Below are positions 34,459-43,718 of a stretch of 64,000 nt of DNA, piece by piece (within the stretch, counting starts at the first letter, position 1; every line of letters starts with the position of its first letter). Made by a program: the position numbers and the translations under genes. The DNA comes from an uncultured bacterium. Lineage in GTDB: Bacteria; Verrucomicrobiota; Verrucomicrobiia; Verrucomicrobiales; V1-33. Below the pieces are notes generated by a model. The model ran no database searches, was not told the origin of the DNA, and worked only from the letters and a program-made list of their open reading frames with translations. Where the stretch lies: NCBI GenBank assembly GCA_903954065.1, contig CAJBME010000310.1, forward strand, positions 8,854 to 72,853. The letters are read 5' to 3'.

Positions 34459-36935
34459 CGAATGGAGATGAAATCGTTGTGGTTGAAGAGCACGAGCACG
34501 AGGTTCTCCTTCGCCCGTACCGACGGCTCCTTGGCCGGCGGCAAGCCGCCCGTATCGCCCACCGCCGCCGGAGTGAGTCGGGAGGGATCGACTAGTAAAG
34601 CCGTTTGGTCTTGAAGAAATTGAAGGCAGGCCGCCGTTTCCTCCCGCGAAGGAGGCCGGCTGAGGACCGCGGTGTAGGCGCGGTCGATGAATCGCTCATC
34701 GTTCATCGTTTGGTCACCATCGGGGCCGAGCTTGGCCATGATGGATTGAGCCAGCCGCCTCGATTGATTCTTAACCAGCCCACTGTTCGCGAGGGCCAGC
34801 GCCTGCTGGGGCACGATGCTTTCATCGCGCTTGTAGCACTCGGAGACGCCGGGGCCGTCCAGTGTCTGGGTGAATTCCATCACCTTCTCTTTGGCATGGC
34901 GGAAATAAACACTGCGCCGCAGGGTGGACTCCCCCGCCCCCTGATCCAGTTCCGGGCCGCCCATTGTGAAGTCCATGCTCCCGCTGGCATGAATCACGCT
35001 GTCCCTAACCACTTCAGCTTCAGCACGGCGCACGTTCATACGCCATAGCTGCACGTTGTCAGGATCCTTTGCCTCGTTGCTTGCCATGATGGCACCGCCG
35101 GATGATTTCATACGATAGGCAGAGGAGGTGACCATGAGCCGGTGCAGCGCCTTCAGGCTCCATTTTTGGTTGATGAATTCTGCGGCCAGCCAATCCAACA
35201 ATTCCGGGTGCGACGGAGCCTTGCCAGCTTTTCCAAAATCGAACACGCTGGACACCAGCGGATGGCCAAAATGCCTCATCCAGACGTGATTCATGGCCAC
35301 GCGAGCCGTCAATGGATTTTCCGGGGCGGTGATCCACTGTGCCAAGGCCAGACGGCGTCCGGTGGAATTTTGCGGGCTGATCGGCCCAAGAGGCTCGTAA
35401 GTGGCCGATTCCTCCGTCAGCGCCTTGCGGGCGGTAGCCAACACTTCGCGGGCAGCCGTCAGTTTTTTCTCTGCTTCGGGTAGCGTTTCCTTGGCCTTGG
35501 CATCACCCTGCCCGGCGGCAGTCTGCAAAGAATGTGTCGTTCCTTCGGCCTCGCTCGCGGCGTATTCCGCCGCTGAGAGTTTTGCCTGTCGTTCGGCGGC
35601 AGCCGCAGCACGGGCCGCGGGTGCGGGGTCTCCAGGAATGATACCGTATTTCTGACGCTCCGCCAAGATGCGCTGCTGCAGAGCTACCAGCGCAGTGCGG
35701 TCGCGCGATGCGTCGCGGCTCGCAAAGTCGGCCACCGCGCGGAGGGAATCCGCATTTTCCGGAGCAGGAAGGGCCAGAGCCGCGCTCCAAGCAGCAGCTT
35801 CCTTTTTCCCCGACTCCAGCACCCGCGCCTCTGCCTTCGCGAGGGCGTCCTTCACGGCATCCGCACGCAAGGCCGGATAATAGCTCTCCACCGGCAGAAG
35901 CACTTCTTTGATCTCAGGCGCAGCCAAGGCGAGAAACGCGGGAAAACCAGGCTGCATCAGCTTGTTCTTGTCGGGTGTGGCTTCATTGCCCCGCGTGAAA
36001 ACATAGGTCAAATCAGCCGGACGAGCATCGATGACACGCACCAAGCTGTTGGCAGCAGCATCTCCCTCGTAGCTGAGCAAGTCGGTCTGGATGTCGTGGG
36101 GCTCAAAAAACGCCCGCATTCGATAAAATTCCGTCTGCGGGATCGGGTCGTATAAATGATCGTGACACTTAGCGCAGTTCATCGTCAATCCGAGGAATGC
36201 TTTCCCCGTATGCTCCACAGCATTCTCAAGCCAGACGTTGCGATTGTAGCGAAACCAATTTCTGACCAAAAAGCCGGTCGCTCGCAAGGCTGCAGGATCG
36301 AGCGGGGCGATTTCATCCGCGGCCAGCATCTCATGGATCATGCGGTCGTAAGGCTTATCCGCGTTCGTCGATTCAATAATCCAATCGCGCCAGCGCCAGA
36401 TGTGAGGCTGGCTTTCCCTGACCTCGGCATTGTGGCCCGCCCAATCGCTGTAGCGCCAGACATCCATCCAGTGACGCCCCCATCTTTCCCCATAGCGCGG
36501 GCTGGACAGCAAATCTTCGACGACCTTGAGATAATGCCCATCGGTGGGCTGCGCGGTAAAGTCCGCAAGTTCCTCCGGTGTTGGCGGAACGCCGACCAGG
36601 TCCATATAGATCCGCCTCAATAGCACATGGGGAGCAGCCGCCTCCTGCTGAATAAGGCCATGCTTTTCATGCTGGACAGAGAGGAAGGCGTCGATCGGAT
36701 TACTGACCCATGCTTGATGAGGCGACGCCGGCACCGGAGGCTGCACCAGTTTACGGAACGACCAATGCGAACCGCCCTCACTCTCATGATTGCCGACCGG
36801 AACTTCCGCAGCATCGATACAGCATAGAAGTATGACGCTGAACAAAATACAACAACTGAGACATCGACGCCTTACCCGCGTTCCCGATGCGGTAGGATAG
36901 TTATGAGGACGGTATTGGCGTGTGTGCAGTGGCAT
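34455..36935 (-). CDS. DUF1549 (PSCyt2) / DUF1553 (PSD1) domain protein
   Basis: CAKCHDHLYDPIPQTEFYRMRAFF (DUF1549 hallmark). C-terminal DUF1553-type region (NHVWMRHFGHPLV, PSHPELLDWLA). ATG at 36935; the track start at 36944 is TTG. Confidence 0.9.
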   Translation of the reverse strand: MPLHTRQYRPHNYPTASGTRVRRRCLSCCILFSVILLCCIDAAEVPVGNHESEGGSHWSFRKLVQPPVPASPHQAWVSNPIDAFLSVQHEKHGLIQQEAAAPHVLLRRIYMDLVGVPPTPEELADFTAQPTDGHYLKVVEDLLSSPRYGERWGRHWMDVWRYSDWAGHNAEVRESQPHIWRWRDWIIESTNADKPYDRMIHEMLAADEIAPLDPAALRATGFLVRNWFRYNRNVWLENAVEHTGKAFLGLTMNCAKCHDHLYDPIPQTEFYRMRAFFEPHDIQTDLLSYEGDAAANSLVRVIDARPADLTYVFTRGNEATPDKNKLMQPGFPAFLALAAPEIKEVLLPVESYYPALRADAVKDALAKAEARVLESGKKEAAAWSAALALPAPENADSLRAVADFASRDASRDRTALVALQQRILAERQKYGIIPGDPAPAARAAAAAERQAKLSAAEYAASEAEGTTHSLQTAAGQGDAKAKETLPEAEKKLTAAREVLATARKALTEESATYEPLGPISPQNSTGRRLALAQWITAPENPLTARVAMNHVWMRHFGHPLVSSVFDFGKAGKAPSHPELLDWLAAEFINQKWSLKALHRLMVTSSAYRMKSSGGAIMASNEAKDPDNVQLWRMNVRRAEAEVVRDSVIHASGSMDFTMGGPELDQGAGESTLRRSVYFRHAKEKVMEFTQTLDGPGVSECYKRDESIVPQQALALANSGLVKNQSRRLAQSIMAKLGPDGDQTMNDERFIDRAYTAVLSRPPSREETAACLQFLQDQTALLVDPSRLTPAAVGDTGGLPPAKEPSVRAKENLVLVLFNHNDFISIR

Positions 36936-36966
36936 GGAAATCAATAATTTCGCTGACGGGAGCCCC

Positions 36967-38469
36967 CTACTTGGTAGCGACGAGCCGCATTCTGTCGAGG
37001 ATATTCCGGGTGATGCGCTGCTGGCGCTGATCTGGCCCCTGCGGCATTCGGTAGAGGGCGGGGCGGACGTATCCGGGCGGGGCGCTCAGGCCATCGGCCC
37101 ACCAACAAGTGGCCGCATTGAAGACAAAATTCTTTTTCGGACCGGGATAGACGGTCGCCGTATAAACGCCTCCATTGAGTGCACCATCTGGGCCTTGTGT
37201 CGGCCCGGTGGAGACAACTTCTAGGCCGTCGATCTTGGCTGGCTCGCCATGCCATTCCCAACCGACCACCCCCTGGATGCCCTCGCCCAGTTTCATACCC
37301 GTGCCTTCAAATACCCAGTGATCCGGGACCGAACAAATCCAATCCGCCCCACCAATCACTGGACCGGTAGTGTGCGCTCCCATCAGCTCGTTTCCGTAGG
37401 GCCGCTCGTGGGCCAGTGTCTTCATAAATTCAAACTCAGCCGTCCCTCCCGGCGCCCCGAAGATCCCGGTCCGTTCAAACACGCGCATTCCCTCGCCTGC
37501 ATATCCAATTTTTCCGAACACCGCATTTCCGGAAAAAAATCCCGCGCTCACACCTTTCTCGATGGCTGCCTTCACGTTCTTGAACATTCCCATCGTCCAG
37601 TATTCATCGTGCCCAACGCTGAGAAATCCCCGACACCGCAGGAGCCCGGCCGCATCACGGTGGGTATCCTGATTGCTAATGTAGGTCGCGTCATACCCAT
37701 GTTCCTCCAACCAATGGACAAACGGAAATTCCCATAGAAAAAACTCCCCAGAACCAGTGGATAGCGGCTGGTCGATGATCTGGCAGTATTTCCCATACGG
37801 GCGGTTCAAGCTAATTTGAATATTCCCACCCCAGTACCACTCAGTCAGCCCGTTGTCGTAGAGTGAAAACTGCGACGGCCAGCGGTTGTAGGCCTGCCAT
37901 GTGTGGTCACTACACTGGAAGATAAAGTCCGCCATCCGGTCATCGCGCACGATGAAAATCACATAACTTTGCAGTCCCTCGCTCTCCTCGGTGAGTTTCC
38001 CTACGTAGACACCGCTGACCCAATCCGCCGGAATAGTCAATTTTGCGCTCACCTCCCACTGGCAATCACGCCGCCGCTTCTCGCCGACCGGTGGATCGGG
38101 TTGATCGCGTCCCTCAAATGGTCCCAGTTCCTTCATCAGCCGACCGCCCGCCCCGCCGTAGTAACCGAGGCGATAGATCTGGAGACGAAATTTCGAGGCC
38201 GGCCGCGTGCTCACAAAAAACGATATCTCCTCACCTGCTTTAATGCTGGCATGACTGCAATACCCCTCAATCCAAGGGCAGCGGTATTTGGTTTCTGGGT
38301 CGATCTTTGTTTTCGTCAGCAGCCAGTCGCGGGTCCCCGGCAGGGCGTTCTCCCGAGCAATGATGTCATTTTTTGTGGTCGCACTTTCCGCGCCATAGCC
38401 GGCTCCCGTCGCCAGCGCAGTTCCGCCGATCGCCGCGAGGGCTTTTCTTCTGGTGATGGATGAATTCAT
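36967..38469 (-). CDS. Tat-signal protein resembling the N,N-dimethylformamidase beta-subunit-like family
   Basis: MNSSITRRKALAAIGGTALATGAGYG is a Tat-like signal. IEGYCSHASIKAGEEISFFVS..FRLQIYRLGYYGGAGGRL, WVSGVYVGKLT..SYVIFIVRDD..ADFIFQCSDHTWQAYNRWP. Family assignment is from memory of these motifs. Confidence 0.65.
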   Translation of the reverse strand: MNSSITRRKALAAIGGTALATGAGYGAESATTKNDIIARENALPGTRDWLLTKTKIDPETKYRCPWIEGYCSHASIKAGEEISFFVSTRPASKFRLQIYRLGYYGGAGGRLMKELGPFEGRDQPDPPVGEKRRRDCQWEVSAKLTIPADWVSGVYVGKLTEESEGLQSYVIFIVRDDRMADFIFQCSDHTWQAYNRWPSQFSLYDNGLTEWYWGGNIQISLNRPYGKYCQIIDQPLSTGSGEFFLWEFPFVHWLEEHGYDATYISNQDTHRDAAGLLRCRGFLSVGHDEYWTMGMFKNVKAAIEKGVSAGFFSGNAVFGKIGYAGEGMRVFERTGIFGAPGGTAEFEFMKTLAHERPYGNELMGAHTTGPVIGGADWICSVPDHWVFEGTGMKLGEGIQGVVGWEWHGEPAKIDGLEVVSTGPTQGPDGALNGGVYTATVYPGPKKNFVFNAATCWWADGLSAPPGYVRPALYRMPQGPDQRQQRITRNILDRMRLVATK

Positions 38470-38642
38470 TGTAGTCGCTTTTCTCGCGTCCGAACTGGGG
38501 GGCTTCGATCGACCGGAACCCACGCCGGTCTTTGGTTTCTTCCTGGTATGGCTTTGCGCTATTCTGAAAGATACCCGTACCAAAGGGCGACCGGCAATCT
38601 TGTTATGAGTACGAATTTCACCCGAAAAATCTCGTCGAGCTC

Positions 38643-41600
38643 CTATCTCAGTCTGACCTTAGCCCGAAAGAAAACCTGATTCCCTCCGCTGGCGGAAGTC
38701 GGAACCCGGAAGATCAAGTTTGAGGTGGTGGTACCGATGAGGTCCGCCGGCGCCCAGCCGGTGAGTGCGGTGGAGACTTCGCCCGTAAGAAGGACATCGT
38801 CGGCACCAGTCATCACCGGCACCGTGAAGGTCATTCCCTCCGGCCCCGCAGCGGAGGTGATGATTGGATTCGGCCCAAGGGCGTATTCGATCAAATTACT
38901 GTATCCGTCGCTATCGGTATCGCCACCGGGATCGCCCGTGAACGGGATCGAGTCAGCGACACCCGGATTACCTCCTGACTGGGCGCTGGAACGCCAGTGG
39001 GTCGCCACCGTGTGGTCAGGATTGGTCGAGGGCGCGATGAGAACAAGGCTCGGTCCGTGACCGTCGGCAGCAGCGGGCCATGGAAAGCTGTCATCGTAAG
39101 CAAAACTCTTCACTGGCAGCCCGTCGGCTCCGGTGAGTTGGACGGCCTCACCGCCATTGTTCAGAGCGGTCGCGTTCGTAAAGGCTCCGGGAGCCAGCAC
39201 CCCAACCGCTCCAGGATGGCGCATCAAAAAGGCGGCGCGTTCACGGGCGACAACCAGGCGCTGGCCAGGCTGCATCATCGTCCCAGCGGTAAAGTCATAA
39301 GCGAGGCCCTCCGTGAATCTCACCCCTGTCATGTCCACAACCGCAGCGCTGATGTTCTGCAGTTCGATCCATTCGAATTGATCCGAATCGACAAATCCCG
39401 CAGCGATCTCCTCAGGTGTCGGATCGGCGGGGTGATACATGAGTTCGGCGACGACAAGATTCGACGCTGATCCGGGCTGAACGGTCGTGGTGTTATTGAT
39501 CGTGATATTCGTGGTGCCGATGACGACACCGGCGATGTCAACCGCCTCCAGAGCGAGTTCATGGCTACCGGGAGCGGCGGGCACAATCGCCTGCCAAGCG
39601 CTTCGGCCGGTCCATGTGACGGCGAGCGGCTCCGGGCTACCGGCGATGCGAATGTCACGCACGTTGACCCATCCATTGCCGGCGATGGTGGCTGTGCTAG
39701 CAGCCACCGTCAGTGGGCTGGTTGTGGTGATGGCAAAGTTGACGGAAGGAATCTGCGACCTGATCTGCGACAGCACGCTATTTGAACGACTCGTCATGTA
39801 GTTCAAGTGGCTGGTCCACGGCTGCGAGGGATCAAGCGCCGCGAAGTGGCTCGTCCATGTGGACATGTACTTATTATTATACGTCCTAGAAATGATGTCG
39901 TGAAGGTGGCCCAGATACTGCCGACGACGGGCCGGATTCACCGTGAGGGCGGCGCAATGCGGGTTGTTGAAAATGGTCAGTCCAGAGGTGTAGCCGTTAT
40001 CCATGTCGTGCGGCAGAAAGATGACCCGCCCGTCCGGGCGGGCATAAATCCAAGCATTGTGCTGTGAGCCGTCGCCGGCGAAATTGTCTGTGGCCCCTGA
40101 AAGCACGGCGCAACTCAGACCGCGAAACCAGCCGTCAAGATCGATGAGGTTTTTCACATCCGCTTCAAAAGCCGCGCCGGACTTGCTGAACATCTTCGCG
40201 TAGTTCATCAGCGGAATGAAGTTGTCGGCCTCGCGGTGGTTTTTGTTCATGAAATGCCAGCGGTAGCGTTCGGGGTCGTTACCTTGGCCGGAAAATGGAA
40301 GCCCAATGACGTCGTCGGGTGATGGATAGTACAGCTTGTTTTGCTTCGAGTCAGCGCTGGTAGGATAATACACGAGTTCGTATTCGTAGAGGTGCCCTTC
40401 CTCGCCATCCTCGAACTGTTCTTCGAGGAATAAGTCCTCGTAGCGCGCCATCTGCATGATGGCGCCACCGGTCAGTGAATTGTTCGGGGCCAGGAGTTTG
40501 ATGAAATCGTTGTATCGGCTGATGGGGCCGCCGGCATTCGAGATCATCACATCAAAGAGAAGTTCGCGTTGCCCGGGAGCTTGCCCTTCCGAGCGATCGA
40601 GGTTCAACGAATCATGGACGCCGCGGAATAGCCCGTCGCTGGGAAATGTCAGGTTATAGCCGACCCGCGTGAGTTGGTTGCGTCCGCGCTCACTGCTTTT
40701 CAGATGAACGCCCACCCCGTAGTAGATGTCGTTTTCACGGTCGATCACGGTGCAGCCGATGAGGTCATTACTCATGGTGTTGTAGTTCGTATGCATCCAA
40801 GTCCGGTCGGCATTGGTCGTGATGACGCGGAAATTGTGCCAGCCGTTGGTGGCTGCTTGATTGTCATTCACCTTGTAAAGTGCGCGGGAATCGGGGCCCG
40901 TCGCCGGGTGGAAAGCATGGACGCCAGAGCCATCGGTGCCGCGGACATAGAACTGCACGACCGCCCCGGCTGGTTGGCCGGGGATACTGCCAATAAACTT
41001 CCCATCGCCGGAGGAGGCCATGGCCGCACTGGCAAAGGCCGCACCATTCACCGAGTAATAGAGCGTCATTTCGGAAACAGTGTCGGAATCGCCGGCCGTA
41101 CAGGAAATAGTGGTTTCGACCCCGGCGGAAGGGACCGCGGGCGAGTGTTTGAGGTGGCTGAACGTCGGGCCAGCGTTCGCTGCCGCGCGAGAGTTCACGG
41201 CTCCTGGTGTGCCGGGGTTGACGACCCGGTCGAGGACGTTCACCCGAGCGGCGCGGTTGAAGTAGAGACGGGTGTGAAGCTGGTGGGCGCCGGTCACCCA
41301 GCGCGCCCGGAAGCGGATCTCGTACTCGCGACCGTTGACCACGGTGGAACTCAGCGTGGTGGCAATGTGATTGTGAATGTGTTCGGTCGGGCCGCCGGCC
41401 ACGAGGCGGAGGATGTTGTTGCCGGGATTACCGGGTTCAGGAATGACTTCGCTGGATCGGTGATTACCAGTGCGGCGCCACGCCGCCGCATTGTCAAAGG
41501 CGGAATCGGCAATCTTCGGTGTCGCTGCAGCAGACGGCTGCTCAATCACTTGAAGGTCATCGATCCATATTTCGCCCGCGCTCAGCAGGCCCATGTTAAA

Positions 41601-43610
41601 TTCCCTCCACGTTCCGTCCGGCCCTCCATTGCTGGCGGCAGCGGTGGCGCGGTAGGAGTACGTTTTCCACGCTGTGCGATGGCTTTCGTCGCTGGCGCCC
41701 CATGAACTACCAGCATTGTTGTCGGCGTCGAGGTCGCGAAGCTCGATGCTGGCCCCGCCTCCGTCGCCAAAGCGCGGCCACTGGCCCCCGTCGTAATAGC
41801 GGACGACGTCTACCGAATTCCGTTGGTCGTCGCGTAGGACGATTTCTTCAGTGGAGCGGGACAGGGAGCCGTCCCAGATACCGAGGACACGCGCAGCCGG
41901 ATACGCTGCCGAAAAAAGCAGAGGATCGCGCACCACGCAGGCGCGTTCGCCGGGGGCGAGCACGGTATCTGGTCCGAAGGTGAAAGTGACGCCCTCCGTC
42001 AGCGCCCAACCGGTAAGACTGACGGGAGTGGCGCTGCGGTTAGTCAGCTCCAGCCACTGGTTATCGGAGTTGCGCCGCGGCAGAGTGGCCGTCGGAAGCA
42101 GCGACGGCGGGTTATACTGAATTTCACTGATGACGATACTATCGTTGAAAATAAAATCATTCGCTGTGCCTGGTGTGGGCTTGGAAGGATAAGCCCATTC
42201 GCTGCCGCGGCTGGCGGCGTGACCGCGCAGGCGTCCGGTCTGCTCGCGAGCATCCATGAGGGCGGTTTTACCGGCGGTGTAGAGAAAGACTTTTTCGCCA
42301 TCGACAGGACGGAAGCCAAGTACGGATTCGGTCAACACGAGAAGCCCTCCAGCCGCTAAGCTGCCGGAAGGAATCACATACTCGCGCGTCCGATCGCTCT
42401 CGACGCTGACGACGGCGCCGGTCAGGTCCACGGTATGACTCCCGGCATTGGCAATCTCCACCCACCACGAGTTCTCGGTGCTGGCGGGTATTTCGTTGAA
42501 ACGAAGCTCCGGCACCGCACCCGATACGAGGCCGCGAACATCCATGTCGAGTTGCGCGCCCCAGACGACGTCGCTGTTACCGACAGCAGACTGGTGGACT
42601 TCCACGGAAAGACGATTGCTTCCCGCGACAAGCGCCGTGGCCGGCAACGGCACAGAAGCCGAGAGGGCCGTTCCCGCTTCCACGTTCGCAGTGGCCGGAG
42701 TCGCTGAGGTGATAAGGCCGGCAGGCATGTTAATGCGGGTAGCCTCCACACCATTGAGATAAATGACCGCGCCGTCATCGAGCGCGGCCCTGATCTTGAG
42801 TAGGGAAAGATTTGCCAGCTGCTCCGCGGTGACGTTGAACTCGGTCTCAAAGTAATAGGTCATCACATAAACAGGATTTGTTCCTGGAAATGCGAGTGCA
42901 GTACCGATCGGAACGGTGGCCGAGACTTCGTAAGCCAGCGCACCGGGACCAACCGCCCATCGGTCAGCGCCCGAGCCACCGACAGCATGGGCGGCAGTGG
43001 CCCACGCGGCGTCGAATGCAGGTCCACTCTCATTATACCGCCACGCCTGATCAAGACCAAAGACAGGCACGGTGGTCACGGGTGGCGGGGATCCTGTGTC
43101 AGGAAAATTCGGAGCACCTGGCGTGCCGCCCTGCTGGGCGCTCACCGTCCAGTGGGCAGATGGGCCACTGGACTTATAGGGTTGTGCCTTGGCGAGGGTG
43201 AACCCCGATCCATCGGTGCCCGCAGGCCACGGAGCCTCATCGATGAAGACGATTTCATCCATCATGCGGTCGCTGTGGTTGATCAACCGGAGCCGTTGAC
43301 CGCCATTCTTGATGGACCCGGGAAAAGGTCCGTATTGCCCCGCGGCTGGCGTTTTTGCGACCACGACATGGGCGCCGGGATTGATGAGGGTGTTTGCTGG
43401 AAAAGTGTAGTCGATACCGTCGATCCGCCAGCCGGAGATGTCGGTCTTAATGCCCATTTGGTTGAAGAGTTCCACGTATTCCCCGGCTTCCGAAGGGCCG
43501 CCCGGATTATACTGGATCTCATTGAAGACGACCACGGAGTCCGGCGAAGCCAGCCCCGGAATGGCCACCAAGGCCGACAGGAGTGCAGCAAGAAGCAGGC
43601 GCGGAATCAT
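38643..43610 (-). CDS. giant secreted protein with several lamin-tail (LTD) domains, a CotH kinase-like domain and shared C-terminal tail
   Basis: Signal peptide MIPRLLLAALLSALVAIPGLASP. LTD signatures (VVFNEIQYNP...GEYVELFN; ISEIQYNP..QWLELTN; VVAELMYHP..FEWIELQN). CotH-like core at about 39980-40860 (NFRVITTNADRTWMH..., HLYEYELVYYP, FLPHDMDNGY). DTDSDGYSNLIEYALGPNP, then a tail ending VFFRAKVRLR. Confidence 0.9.
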   Translation of the reverse strand: MIPRLLLAALLSALVAIPGLASPDSVVVFNEIQYNPGGPSEAGEYVELFNQMGIKTDISGWRIDGIDYTFPANTLINPGAHVVVAKTPAAGQYGPFPGSIKNGGQRLRLINHSDRMMDEIVFIDEAPWPAGTDGSGFTLAKAQPYKSSGPSAHWTVSAQQGGTPGAPNFPDTGSPPPVTTVPVFGLDQAWRYNESGPAFDAAWATAAHAVGGSGADRWAVGPGALAYEVSATVPIGTALAFPGTNPVYVMTYYFETEFNVTAEQLANLSLLKIRAALDDGAVIYLNGVEATRINMPAGLITSATPATANVEAGTALSASVPLPATALVAGSNRLSVEVHQSAVGNSDVVWGAQLDMDVRGLVSGAVPELRFNEIPASTENSWWVEIANAGSHTVDLTGAVVSVESDRTREYVIPSGSLAAGGLLVLTESVLGFRPVDGEKVFLYTAGKTALMDAREQTGRLRGHAASRGSEWAYPSKPTPGTANDFIFNDSIVISEIQYNPPSLLPTATLPRRNSDNQWLELTNRSATPVSLTGWALTEGVTFTFGPDTVLAPGERACVVRDPLLFSAAYPAARVLGIWDGSLSRSTEEIVLRDDQRNSVDVVRYYDGGQWPRFGDGGGASIELRDLDADNNAGSSWGASDESHRTAWKTYSYRATAAASNGGPDGTWREFNMGLLSAGEIWIDDLQVIEQPSAAATPKIADSAFDNAAAWRRTGNHRSSEVIPEPGNPGNNILRLVAGGPTEHIHNHIATTLSSTVVNGREYEIRFRARWVTGAHQLHTRLYFNRAARVNVLDRVVNPGTPGAVNSRAAANAGPTFSHLKHSPAVPSAGVETTISCTAGDSDTVSEMTLYYSVNGAAFASAAMASSGDGKFIGSIPGQPAGAVVQFYVRGTDGSGVHAFHPATGPDSRALYKVNDNQAATNGWHNFRVITTNADRTWMHTNYNTMSNDLIGCTVIDRENDIYYGVGVHLKSSERGRNQLTRVGYNLTFPSDGLFRGVHDSLNLDRSEGQAPGQRELLFDVMISNAGGPISRYNDFIKLLAPNNSLTGGAIMQMARYEDLFLEEQFEDGEEGHLYEYELVYYPTSADSKQNKLYYPSPDDVIGLPFSGQGNDPERYRWHFMNKNHREADNFIPLMNYAKMFSKSGAAFEADVKNLIDLDGWFRGLSCAVLSGATDNFAGDGSQHNAWIYARPDGRVIFLPHDMDNGYTSGLTIFNNPHCAALTVNPARRRQYLGHLHDIISRTYNNKYMSTWTSHFAALDPSQPWTSHLNYMTSRSNSVLSQIRSQIPSVNFAITTTSPLTVAASTATIAGNGWVNVRDIRIAGSPEPLAVTWTGRSAWQAIVPAAPGSHELALEAVDIAGVVIGTTNITINNTTTVQPGSASNLVVAELMYHPADPTPEEIAAGFVDSDQFEWIELQNISAAVVDMTGVRFTEGLAYDFTAGTMMQPGQRLVVARERAAFLMRHPGAVGVLAPGAFTNATALNNGGEAVQLTGADGLPVKSFAYDDSFPWPAAADGHGPSLVLIAPSTNPDHTVATHWRSSAQSGGNPGVADSIPFTGDPGGDTDSDGYSNLIEYALGPNPIITSAAGPEGMTFTVPVMTGADDVLLTGEVSTALTGWAPADLIGTTTSNLIFRVPTSASGGNQVFFRAKVRLR

Positions 43611-43718
43611 ATGACGTACACGTAAGAAGGAAAAACGACGTAAAAAGATAAATGAAGAATGACTGGAGGGGCACTCCGGATTTCCTCGTCATGAAGCGCC
43701 AGAAGTCGCTGCGGACGA

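Noticed and set aside
40674-41705. 343-aa + strand ORF inside the CotH/LTD gene (also 42987..43625 and 44620..45270)
   Set aside because: Antisense shadow ORFs. The minus-strand frames carry the LTD, CotH, LamG and TSP3 motifs.
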